DNA of 64,000 nt, from NCBI RefSeq assembly GCF_009914755.1, contig NC_060928.1; one strand, 5' to 3'. Below, one piece after another: positions 45,641-60,600 of this stretch (positions within the stretch are counted from its first letter, which is position 1; each line of letters starts with the position of its first letter). A model generated the notes under the pieces. It was not told the DNA's origin. It was given only the letters and a program-made list of their open reading frames with translations, and made no database searches. The translations under genes and the position numbers were made by a program. This stretch comes from the human T2T-CHM13v2.0 reference genome, Homo sapiens.

Positions 45641-48600
45641 TACTTTCATATTTTATGTACAGTATATAATACATACTTTGGGCACTTTGATATTTTATGT
45701 ACAGTATACAATACATACTTTGGGTACTTTGATATTTTATGTACAGTATATAATACATAATTTGGGTACTTTGATATTTTATGTACAGTATATAATGCAT
45801 ACTTTGGGTACTTTGATGTTTTATGTACAGTATATAATACATACTTAGGGTACTTTGACATTTTATGTGCAGTACATAATACATACTTTGGATACTTTGT
45901 TATTTTAAATACAGTATGTAATACATATTTTGGGTACTTTGATATTTTATGTACAGTATATAATACATACTTTGGTACTTTTATATTTCATGTACAGTAT
46001 AAAATATATAGTTTGGGTACTTTGATATTTTATGTACACTATATAATACATAGTTTGGGTATTTTGATATTTTATGTACAGTATATAATACATACTTTGT
46101 GTACTTTGATATTTTATGTACAGTATATAATATATAGTTTGGGTACTTTGATATTTTATGTGTAGTATATAACACATACTTTCGGTAGTTGGATATTTTA
46201 TGTACAGTATATAATACATACTTTGGGTACTTCGATATTTGATGTACAGTATACTATACATAGTTTGGGTACTTTGATATTTTATGTCGGGTACAAAATA
46301 AATAGTTTTGGTACTTAGATATTTTATGTACAGTATATAGTTTGAGTACTTTGATATTTTATGTACAGTTTATTATAAATGGGTGCTTTCATATTTTATG
46401 TACAGTATATAATACATACTATGGGCACTTTGATATTTTATGTACAGTATATAATACATACTTTGGGTACTTTGATATTTTATGTACACTACATAATACA
46501 TACTTTGGGTACTTTGATATTTTATGTACAGTACATAATATATAGTTTGGGTACTTTGATATTTTATGTGTAGTATATAACACATACTTTCGGTACTTGG
46601 ATATTTTATGTACAGTATATAATACATAATTTGGGTACTTCCATATTTTATGTACAGTATGCTATATATAGTTTGGGTACTTTGATATTTTATGTCCAGT
46701 ATAAAATAAAAAGTTTTGGTAATTCGATATTTTATGTACAGTGTATCGTTTGAGTACTTTGATATTTAATGTACAGTTTATTGTAAATGTTCGGGTGCTT
46801 TCATATTTTATGTACAGTATATAATACATTCTTTGAGCACTTTGATATTTTATGTACAGTATATAATACATACTTTGGGTAATTTGATATTTTATGTACA
46901 GTATATAATACATACATTGGGTACTTTGATATTTTACGTACAGTATATAATATATAGTTAGGGTACTTTGATATTTTATATACAGTATATAATATATATT
47001 ATGTGTACTTTGATATATTATGTACAGTATATAATATATAGTTTGGGTAATTTGATATTTTATGTACAGTATACAATATATAGTATTGGTACTTTGATAT
47101 TTCATGTAAAGTATATAGTTTGAGTACTTTGATATTTTATATACAATTTATTATAAATGTTTGGGTACCTTCCTATTTTATGTACAGTATATAATACATA
47201 CTTTGGGAACTTTTATTTTATGTGCAGTATATAATACATACTTTGGGTAGTTTGATATTTTATGTATGGTATATAATACACACTTTGGGTACTTTGATAT
47301 TTTATGTACAGTATATAATACACACTTTGGGTACTTTGATATTTTATGTACAGTATATAATACATACTTTGAGTACTTTGATATTTTATGTACAGTATAT
47401 AATACATACTTTGGGTACTTTAATATTTTATGTATAGTATATAATACCTACTTTGGGTACTTTGATATTTTGTGGAAAGTATATAATACATGCTTTGGGT
47501 AAGTTGATATTTTATGTACAGTATATAATATATAGTTTGGGTACTTTGATATTTTATATACAGTATATAATACATACTTTGGGTACTTTGATATTTTTTG
47601 TACAGTATATAAAACATACTTTGGGGAGTTTGATATTGTATGAACAGTATATAATACACATTTTGGGTACTTTGATATTTTATGTACAGTATATAATACA
47701 TACTTTGGGTACTTTGATATTTTACGTGCAGTATATAATACATAGGTTGGGTACTTTGATATTTTATGTACAGTATATAATACATACATTGGGTACTTCG
47801 ATATTTTATGTGCAGTACCGTATATATAGTTTGGGTATTTTGATATTTTATGTCCAGTATAAAATAAATAGTTTTGTTACTTTGATATTTTATGTACAGT
47901 TTATAGTTTGAGTACTTTGATATTTAATGTTCAGTTTATTATAAATGTTTGGGTGCTTTCATATTTTATATACAGTATATAATACATACTTTGGGCACCT
48001 TGATATTTTATGTACAGTATATAATACATACTTTGGGTACTTTGATATTTTATGTACGGTATATAATACATACATTGGGTACTTTGATATTTTATGTACA
48101 GTATATAATATATACTTTGGGTACTTTGATATTTTATATACAGTATATAATATATATTATGTGTACTTTGATATATTCTGTGCAGTATATAATATATAGT
48201 TTGGGTTGTTTGATATTTTATGTACAGTATATAATATATAGTATGGGTAGTTTGATATTTTAAGTACAGTATGTAATATATAGTTTGTGTTATTTGATAT
48301 TTTATGTACAGTATACAATATATAGTACTGGTACTTTGATATTTCATGTAAAGTATATAGTTTGAGTACTTTGATATTTTATATACAGTTTATTATAAAT
48401 GTTTGGGTACCTTCATATTTTATGTACAGTATGTAATACATACTTTGGGAACTTTTATTTTATGTGCAGTATATAATACATACTTTGGGTACTTTGATAT
48501 TTTATGTACAGTATATAATACACACTTTGGGTACTTTGATATTTTATGTACAGTATATAATACACACTTTGGGTACTTTGATATTTTATGTACAGTATAT

Positions 48601-51600
48601 AATACACACTTTGGGTACTTTGATATTTTATGTACAGTATATAATACATACTTTGGGTAATTTGATGTATTATGTACAGTATATAATACATACTTTGGGT
48701 ACTTTGATATTTTATGTACAGCATATAATACATACTTTGGGTACTTTGATATTTTATGTACAGTATGTAATACATAATTTGGGTACTTTTATATTTTATG
48801 TATAGTATATAATACTTACTTTGGGTACTTTGATATTTTATGGACAGTGTATAATACATACTTTGGGTACTTTGATATTTTATGTACAGTATATAACATA
48901 TAGTTTGGGTAATTTAATATTTTATATACAGTATATAATACATACTTTGGGTACTTTGATATTTTATGTACAGTATATAATACATACTTTGGGTACTTTG
49001 ATATTTCATGCATAGTATACAATATATAGTTTGAGTACTTTGATATTTTATGTACTGTATAAAATATATTGTTTTGGTACTTTGATATTTTATGTACAGT
49101 ATATAGTTTGAGTACTTTGATATTTTATGTACAGTTTGTTATAAATGTTTGGGTGCTTTCATATTTTATGTACAGTATATAATACATACTTTGGGCACTT
49201 TGATATCTTATGTACAGTATATAATACATACTTTGGGTTTTCTGATATTTTCTGTACAGTGTATAATACATACTTTGGGTACTTTGATATTTTATGTACA
49301 ATATATAATACATACGTTGGGAACTTTGATATATTATGTACAGTATATAATACATACTTTGGGTACTTTGATATTTTATCTACAGTATACAACACATAGT
49401 TTGTGTACTTTGATATTTTATGTACAGTATATAATACATACTTTGGGTACTTTGATATTTTATGTACAGTACATAATACATACTTTGGGTACTTTCATAT
49501 TTTATGTACAGTATATAATATATAGTTTGGTTACTTTGATATTTTATCTACAGTTTATAATACATACTTTGGATACTTTGAAACTTTATGTACAGTATAT
49601 AATACGTACTTTGGGTACTTTGATATTTTATGTACCGTATACAATATATAGTTTGAGTACTTTAATATTTTATGTGCAGTATAAAATATATAGATTTGGT
49701 ACTTTCATATTTTATGTACAGTATATAGTTTGAGTACTTTGATATTTTATGTACAGTTTTTTATAAATGTTTGGGTGCTTTCATATTTTATGTACAGTAT
49801 ATAATACATACTAAGGGCACTTTGATATTTTATGTACAGTATATAATACATACTTTGGGTACTTTGATATTTTATGTACGTCATATAATATATAGTTTGG
49901 GTACTTTGATATTTTATGTACAGTATATAATACATACCTTGGGTACTTTGATATTTTATGTACAGTATATAATATATAGTTTGGGTATTTTGATATTTTA
50001 TGTACAGTATATAATACATACTTTGGGTACTTTGATATTTTATGTACAGTATATAATACATACTTTGGGAACTTTGATATTTTATGTACAGTATGTAAAA
50101 CATGCTTTGGGTACTTTGATATTTTATGTACAGGATATAATGCATACTTTGGGTACTTTGATAGTTTATGTACAGTCTATAATACATACTTTGGGTACTT
50201 TGATATTTTATGTATTGTATAAAATATATAGTTTGGGTACTTTGATATTTTATGTACAGTATGTAAAAGATACTTTGGGGAGTTTGATATTTTATGTACA
50301 GTATGTAAAACATACTTTGGGGAGTTTGATATTTTATGAACAGTATATAATACACATTTTGTGTACTTTGATATTTTGTGTACAGTATATAATACATACT
50401 TTGGGTACTTTGATATTTTATGTACAGCATATATTACATACTTTGGGTACTTTGATATTTTATGTACAGTATACAATATATAGTTTGAGTACTTTGATAT
50501 TTTATGTACTGTATAAAATATATAGTTTTGGTACTTTGATATTTTATGTACAGTATATAGTTTGAGTACTTTGATATTTTATGTACAGTTTGTTATAAAT
50601 ATTTTGGTGCTTTCATATTTTATGTACTGTATATAATACATGCTTTGGGCACTTTGATATTTTATGTACAGTATATAATACATACTTTGGGTACTCTGAT
50701 ATTTTATGTACAGTGTATAATACATACTTTGGGTACTTTGATATTTTATGTACAGTATATAATACATACATTGGGTACTTTGATATATTATGTACAGTAT
50801 ATAATACTTACTTGGGGTACTTTGATATTTTATGTACAGTATATAATACATAGTTTGTGTACTTTGATATTTTATGTACAGTATATAATACATACTTTGG
50901 GTACTTTGATATTTTATGTACAGTATATAATACATACTTTGGGTATCTTGATATTTTATGTACAGTATATAATGCATACTTTGCGTACTTTGATATTTTA
51001 TGTACAGTATATAATGCATACTTTGGGTACTTTGATATTTTATGTACAGTATGTAATACATACTTTGGGTACTTTGATATTTTATGTATAGTATATAATA
51101 CATACTTTGTGTAGTTTGATATTTTATGTACAGTATACAATATATAGTTTGAGTACTTTGTTATTTTATGTGCAGTATAAAATATATAGTTTTCGTAATT
51201 GATATTTTATGTACAGAATATAGTTTGAGTACTTTGATATTTTATGTACACTTTATTATAAACGTTTGGGTACTTTCATATTTTATGTACAGTATATAAT
51301 ACATACTTTGGTCTCTTTGATGTTTTATGTACAGTATATAATACATACTTTGGGTTCTTTGATATTTTATATGCAGAATATAATGCATAGTTTTAGGTAC
51401 TTTTATATTTTATGTACAGTATATAATACATACTTTGGGTACTTTGATATTTTATGTACAGTATATAATACATACTTTGGGTACTTTGATATTTTATGTA
51501 CAGTATATAATACATACTTTGGGTACTTTCATATTTCATGTACAGTTTATAATATATAGTTTGGGTACTTTAGTATATTATGTACTGTATATAATACATA

Positions 51601-54600
51601 CTTTGGGTACTTTGATATTTTATGTACAGTATATAATACATACTTTGGGTACTTTGATATTTTATGTACAGTATAAAATATATACTTTGACTACTTTGAT
51701 ATTTTATGTCCAGTATAGAATATATATTTTTGGTAGTTTGATATTTCATGTACAGTATATAGTTTGAGTACATTGATATTTTATGTACACTTTATTATAA
51801 ATGTTTGGATACTTTCATATTTTATGTACAGTATATAATACATACTTTGGGCACTTTGATATATTATGTACAGTATATAATACATAATTTGGGTACTTTG
51901 ATATTTTATGTACAGTATATAATGCATACTTTGGGTACTTTGATGTTTTATGTACAGTATATAATACATACTTAGGGTACTTTGACATTTTATGTGCAGT
52001 ACATAATACATACTTTGGATACTTTGTTATTTTAAATACAGTATGTAATACATATTTTGGGTACTTTGATATTTTATGTACAGTATATAATACATACTTT
52101 GGTACTTTTATATTTCATGTACAGTATAAAATATATAGTTTGGGTACTTTGATATTTTATGTACAGTATATAATACATAGTTTGGGTATTTTGATATTTT
52201 ATGTACAGTATATAATGCATACTTTGGGTACTTTGATATTTTATGTACAGTATATAATATATAGTTTGGGTACTTTGATATTTTATGTGTAGTATATAAC
52301 ACATACTTTCGGTAGTTGGATATTTTATGTACAGTATATAATACATACTTTGGGTACTTCGATATTTGATGTACAGTATACTATACATAGTTTGGGTACT
52401 TTGATATTTTATGTCGGGTATAAAATAAATAGTTTTGGTACTTAGATATTTTATGTACAGTATATAGTTTGAGTACTTTGATATTTTATGTACAGTTTAT
52501 TATAAATGGGTGCTTTCATATATTATGTACAGTATATAATACATACTATGGGCACTTTGATATTTTATGTACAGTATATAATACATACTTTGGGTACTTT
52601 GATATTTTATGTACACTACATAATACATACTTTGGGTACTTTGATATTTTATGTACAGTACATAATATATAGTTTGGGTACTTTGATATTTTATGTGTAG
52701 TATATAACACATACTTTCGGTACTTGGATATTTTATGTACAGTATATAATACATAATTTGGGTACTTCCATATTTTATGTACAGTATGCTATATATAGTT
52801 TGGGTACTTTGATATTTTATGTCCAGTATAAAATAAAAAGTTTTGGTAATTCGATATTTTATGTACAGTGTATCGTTTGAGTACTTTGATATTTAATGTA
52901 CAGTTTATTATAAATGTTCGGGTGCTTTCATATTTTATGTACAGTATATAATACATACTTTGAGCACTTTGATATTTTATGTACAGTATATAATACATAC
53001 TTTGGGTAATTTGATATTTTATGTACAGTATATAATACATACATTGGGTACTTTGATATTTTATGTACAGTATATAATATATAGTTAGGGTACTTTGATA
53101 TTTTATATACAGTATTTAATATATATTATGAGTACTTTGATATATTATGTACAGTATATAATATATAGTTTGGGTAATTTGATATTTTATGTACAGTATA
53201 CAATATATAGTATTGGTACTTTGATATTTCATGTAAAGTATATAGTTTGAGTACTTTGATATTTTATATACAGTTTATTATAAATGTTTGGGTACCTTCC
53301 TATTTTATGTACAGTATATAATACATACTTTGGGAACTTTTATTTTATGTGCAGTATATAATACATACTTTGGGTACTTTGATATTTTATGTATAGTATA
53401 TAATACACACTTTGGGTACTTTGATATTTTATGTACAGTATATAATACACACTTTGGGTACTTTGATATTTTATGTACAGTATATAATACATACTTTGGG
53501 AACTTTGATGTATTATGTACAGTATATAATACATACTTTGGGTACTTTGATATTTTATGTACAGTATATAATACATACTTTGAGTACTTTGATATTTTAT
53601 GTACAGTATATAATACATACTTTGGGTACTTTAATATTTTATGTATAGTATATAATACCTACTTTGGGTACTTTGATATTTTGTGGAAAGTATATAATAC
53701 ATGCTTTGGGTAAGTTGATATTTTATGTACAGTATATAATATATAGTATGGGTACTTTGATATTTTATATACAGTATATAATACATACTTTGGGTACTTT
53801 GATATTTTTTGTACAGTATATAAAACATACTTTGGGGAGTTTGATATTGTATGAACAGTATATAATACACATTTTGGGTACTTTGATATTTTATGTACAG
53901 TATATAATACATACTTTGGGTACTTGGATATTTTACGTGCAGTATATAATACATAGGTTGGGTACTTTGATATTTTATGTACAGTATATAATACATATAT
54001 TGGGTACTTCGATATTTTATGTGCAGTACCGTATATATAGTTTGGGTATTTTGATATTTTATGTCCAGTATAAAATAAATAGTTTTGTTACTTTGATATT
54101 TTATGTACAGTTTATAGTTTGAGTACTTTGATATTTAATGTTCAGTTTATTATAAATGTTTGGGTGCTTTCATATTTTATATACAGTATATAATACATAC
54201 TTTGGGCACCTTGATATTTTATGTACAGTATATAATACATACTTCGGGTACTTTGATATTTTATGTACGGTATATAATACATACATTGGGTACTTTGATA
54301 TTTTATGTACAGTATATAATATATACTTTGGGTACTTTGATATTTTATATACAGTATATAATATATATTATGTGTACTTTGATATATTCTGTGCAGTATA
54401 TAATATATAGTTTGGGTTGTTTGATATTTTATGTACAGTATATAATATATAGTTTGGGTAGTTTGATATTTTAAGTACAGTATGTAATATATAGTTTGTG
54501 TTATTTGATATTTTATGTACAGTATACAATATATAGTACTGGTACTTTGATATTTCATGTAAAGTATATAGTTTCAGTACTTTGATATTTTATATACAGT

Positions 54601-57600
54601 TTATTATAAATGTTTGGGTACCTTCATATTTTATGTACAGTATATAATACATACTTTGGGAACTTTTATTTTATGTGCAGTATATAATACATACCTTGGG
54701 TACTTTGATATTTTATGTACAGTATATAATACACACTTTGGGTACTTTGATATTTTATGTACAGTATATAATACACACTTTGGGTAGTTTGATATTTTAT
54801 GTACAGTATATAATACATACTTTGGGTACTTTGATGTATTATGTACAGTATATAATACATACTCTGGGTACTTTGATATTTTATGTACAGTATATAATAC
54901 ATACTTTGGGTACTTTGATATTTTATGTACAGTATGTAATACATAATTTGGGTACTTTAATATTTTATGTATAGTATATAATACATACTTTGGGTACTTT
55001 GATATTTTATGTACAGTATATAATACATACATTGGGTACTTTCATATTTCATGTACAGTATATAATATATAGTTTGGGTACTTTGGTATATTATGTACTG
55101 TATATAATACATACTTTGAGTACTTTGATATTTTATGTACAGTATATAATACATACTTTGGGTACTTTGATATTTTATGTACAGTATGTAATACATAATT
55201 TGGGTACTTTAATATATTATGTATAGTATATAATACATACTATGGGTACTTTTATATTTTATGTAAAGTATATAATACATACATTGGGTACTTTCATATT
55301 TCATGTACAGTATATAATATATAGTTTGGGTACTTTGGTATATTATGTACTGTATATAATACATACTTTGAGTACTTTGATATTTTATGTACAGTATATA
55401 ATACATACTTTGCGTACTTTGATATTTTATGTCCAGTATAGAATATATAGTTTTGGTAGTTTGATATTTTATGTACAGTATATAGTTTGAGTACTTTCAC
55501 ATTTTATGTACAGTTTATTATAAATGTTTGGGTGTTTTCATATTTTATGTACTGTTTATAATACATACATTGGGCACTTTGATATATTATGTACAGTATA
55601 TAATACATACTTTGGGTACTCTGATATTTTATGTACAGTATATAATACACACTTTGGGTACTTTGATATTTTATGTACAGGATATAATGCATACTTTGGG
55701 TACTTTGATAGTTTATGTACAGTATATAATACATACTTTGGGTACTTTGATATTCTATGTATAGTATAAAATATACAGTTTGGGTACTTTGATATTTTAT
55801 GTACAGTATGTAAAACATACTTTGGGGAGTTTGATATTTTATGTACAGTATGTAAAACATACTTTGGGGAGTTTGATATTTTATGAACAGTATATAATAC
55901 ACATTTTGTGTACTTTGATATTTTATGTACAGTATATAATACATACTTTGGGTACTTTGATATTTTATGTACAGTATATAATACATACTTTGGGTACTTT
56001 GATATTTTCTGTACAGTATACAATATATAGTTTGAGTACTTTGATATTTTATGTACTGTATAAAATATATAGTTTTGGTACTTTGATATTTTATGTACAG
56101 TATATAGTTTGAGTACTTTGATATTTTATGTACAGTTTGTTATAAATATTTGGGTGCTTTCATATTTTATGTACTGTATATAATACATGCTTTAGGCACT
56201 TTGATATTTTATGTACAGTATGTAATACATACTTTGGGTACTCTGATATTTTATGTACAGTGTATAATACATACTTTGGGTACTTTGATATTTTATGTAC
56301 AGTATATAATACATACATTGGGTACTTTGATATATTATGTACAGTATATAATACTTACTTGGGGTACTTTGATATTTTATGTACAGTATATAATACATAG
56401 TTTGTGTACTTTGATATTTTATGTACAGTACATAATACATACTATTGGTACTTTGATATTTTATGTACAGTATACAATATATAGTTTGAGTACTTTGATA
56501 TTTTATGTCCAGTATAAAATATATAGATTTCGTACTTTGATATTTTATGTACAGAATATAGTTTGAGTACTTTGATATTTTATGTACACTTTATTATAAA
56601 AGTTTGGGTACTTTCATATTTTACGTACAGTATATAATACATACTTTGGGCACTTTGATGTTTTATGCACAGTATATAATACATACTTTGGGTACTTTTA
56701 TATTTTATGTACAGTATATAATACATAGTTTGGGTACTTTGATATTTAATATACAGTATATAATGCACACTTTGCGTACTTTGATATTTTATGTAAAGTA
56801 TGTAATACATACTTTGTGTAGTTTGATATTTTATGTACAGTATGTAATACACACTTTGGGTACTTTGATATTTTATGTACAGTATGTAAAACATACTTTG
56901 GGTAGTTTGATATTTTATGATCAGTATATAATACACATTTTGGGTACTTTGATATTTTATGTACAGTGTATAATACATACGTTGGGTACTTTGATATTTT
57001 ATGTACAGGATATAATGCATACTTTGGGTACTTTGATAGTTTATGTACAGTATATAATACTTACTTTGGGTACTTTGATATTTTATATATAGTATAAAAT
57101 ATATAGTTTGGGTAGTTTGATATTTTAAGTATAGTATATGATACATACTTTGGGTACTTAGATATTTTATCTACAGTGTATAATAAATACTATGGGTACT
57201 TTGATATATTATGTACAATAGATAATACATACTTTGGGTACTTTGATATTTTATGTACAGTATTTAATACATACTTTGGGTACTTTGATATTTTATGTAC
57301 AGTATATAATACATACATTGGGTGCTTTCATATTTCATGTACACTATATAATATATAGTTTGGGTACTTTGGTATATTATGTACTGTATATAATACATAC
57401 TTTGAGTATTTTGATATTTTATGTACAGTATATAATACATACTTTGGGTACTTTGATATTTTATGTACAGTATACAATATATACTTTGCATATTTTGATA
57501 TTTTATGTCCAGTATAGAATATATAGTTTTGGTAGTTTGATATTTTATGTAGAGTATATAGTTTGAGTACTTTCACATTTTATGTACAGTTTATTATAAA

Positions 57601-60600
57601 TGTTTGGGTGTTTTCATATTTTATGTACTGTATATAATACATACTTTGGGCACATTGATATTTTATGTACAGTATATAATACATACTTTGGGTACTCTGA
57701 TATTTTATGTACAGTATATAATACATAATTTGGGTAGTTTGATATTTTATGTACAGTATATAATACATACTTTGAGTGCTTTGATATATTATGTACAGTA
57801 TATAATACATACTTTGGGTACTTTGATATTTTATGTACAGTATACAATATATACTTTGACTACTTTGATATTTTATGTCCAGTATAGAATACATAGTTTT
57901 GGTAGTTTGATATTTTATGTACAGTATATAGTTTGAGTACATTGATATTTTATGTACACTTTATTATAAATGTTTGGATACTTTCATATTTTATGTACAG
58001 TATATAATACATACTTTGGGCACTTTGATATTTTATGTACAGTATACAATACATACTTTGGGTACTTTGATATTTTATGTACAGTATATAATACATAATT
58101 TGGGTACTTTGATATTTTATGTACAGTATATAATGCATACTTTGGGTACTTTGATGTTTTATGTACAGTATATAATACATACTTAGGGTACTTTGACATT
58201 TTATGTGCAGTATATAATACATACTTTGGATACTTTGTTATTTTAAATACAGTATGTAATACATACTTTGGGTACTTTGATATTTTATGTACAGTATATA
58301 ATACATACTTTGGTACTTTTATATTTCATGTACAGTATATAATATATAGTTTGGGGACTTTGATATTTTATGTACAGTATATAATACATAGTTTGGGTAT
58401 TTTGATATTTTATGTACAGTATATAATACATACTTTGGGTACTTTGATATTTTATGTACAGTATGTAATATATAGTTTGGGTACTTTGATATTTTATGTG
58501 CAGTATATAACACATACTTTCGGTAGTTGGATATTTTATGTACAGTATATAATACATACTTTCGGTACTTCGATATTTGATGTACAGTATAGTATATATA
58601 GTTTGGGTACTTTGATATTTTATGTCGGGTATAAAATAAATAGTTTTGGTACTTAGATATTTTATGTACAGTATATAGTTTGAGTACTTTGATATTTTAT
58701 GTACAGTTTATTATAAATGGGTGCTTTCATATTTTATGTACAGTATATAATACATACTATGGGCACTTTGATATTTTATGTACAGTATATAATACATACT
58801 TTGGGTACTTTGATATTTTATGTACACTACATAATACATACTTTGGGTACTTTGATATTTTATGTACAGTATATAATATGTAGTTTGGGTACTTTGATGT
58901 TTTATGTGCAGTATATAACACATACTTTCGGTACTTGGATATTTTATGTACAGTATATAATACATAATTTCGGTACTTCCATATATTATGTACAGTATGC
59001 TATATATAGTTTGGGTACTTTGATATTTTATGTCCAGTATAAAATAAAAACTTTTGGTAATTTGATATTTTATGTACAGTGTATCGTTTGAGTACTTTGA
59101 TATTTAATGTACAGTTTATTATAAATGTTCGGGTGCTTTCATATTTTATGTACTGTATATAATACATACTTTGAGCACTTTGATATTTTATGTACAGTAT
59201 ATAATACATACTTTGGGTAATTTGATATTTTATGTAGAGTATATAATACATACATTGGGTACTTTGATATTTTATGTACAGTATATAATATATAGTTAGG
59301 GTACTTTGATATTTTATATACAGTATATTATATATATTATGTGTACTTTGATATATTATGTACAGTATATAATATATAGTTTGGGTAATTTGATATTTTA
59401 TGTACAGTATACAATATATAGTATTGGTACTTTGATATTTCATGTAAAGTATATAGTTTGAGTACTTTGATATTTTATATACAGTTTATTATAAATGTTT
59501 GGGTACCTTCATATTTTATGTACAGTATATAATACATACTTTGGGAACTTTTATTTTATGTGCAGTATATAATACATACTTTGGGTACTTTGATATTTTA
59601 TGTACAGTATATAATACACAGTTTGGGTACTTTGATATTTTATGTGCAGTGTATAATACACATTTTGGGTACTTTGATATTTTATGTACAGTATATAATA
59701 CATACTTTGGGTACTTTGATGTATTATGTACAGTATATAATACATACTTTGGGTACTTTGATATTTTATGTACAGTATATAATACATACTTTGAGAACTT
59801 TGATATTTTATGTACAGTATATAATACATACTTTGGGTACTTTAATATTTTATGTATAGTATATAATACCTACTTTGGGTACTTTGATATTTTGTGGACA
59901 GTATATAATACATGGTTTGTTTAAGTTGATATATTATGTACGGTATATAATATATAGTTTGGGTACTTATATATTTTATATACAGTATATAATACATACT
60001 TTGGGTACTTTGATATTTTTTGTACAATATGTAAAACAGACTTTGGGGAGTTTGATATTTTATGAGCAGTATATAATACAGATTTTGGGTACTTTGATAT
60101 TTTATGTACAGTATATGATACATACTTTGGGTACTTTGATATTTTACGTACAGTATATAATACATACGTTGTGTACTTTGATATTTTATGTACAGTATAT
60201 AATACATACATAGGGTACTTCGATATTTTATGTGCAGTACCCTATATATAGTTTGGGTATTTTGATATTTTATGTCCAGTATAAAATAAATAGTTTTGTT
60301 ACTTTGATATTTTATGTACAGGTTATAGTTTGAGTACTTTGATATTTAATGTTCAGTTTATTATAAATGTTTGGGTGCTTTCATATTTTATATACAGTAT
60401 ATAATACATACTTTGGGCACTTTGATATTTTCTGTACAGTATATAATACATACTTTGGGTACTTTGATATTTTATGTACGGTATACAATACATACATTGG
60501 GTACTTTGATATTTTATGTACAGTATATAATATATAGTTTGGGTACTTTGATATTTTATATACAGTACATAATATATATTATGTGTACTTTGATATATTA

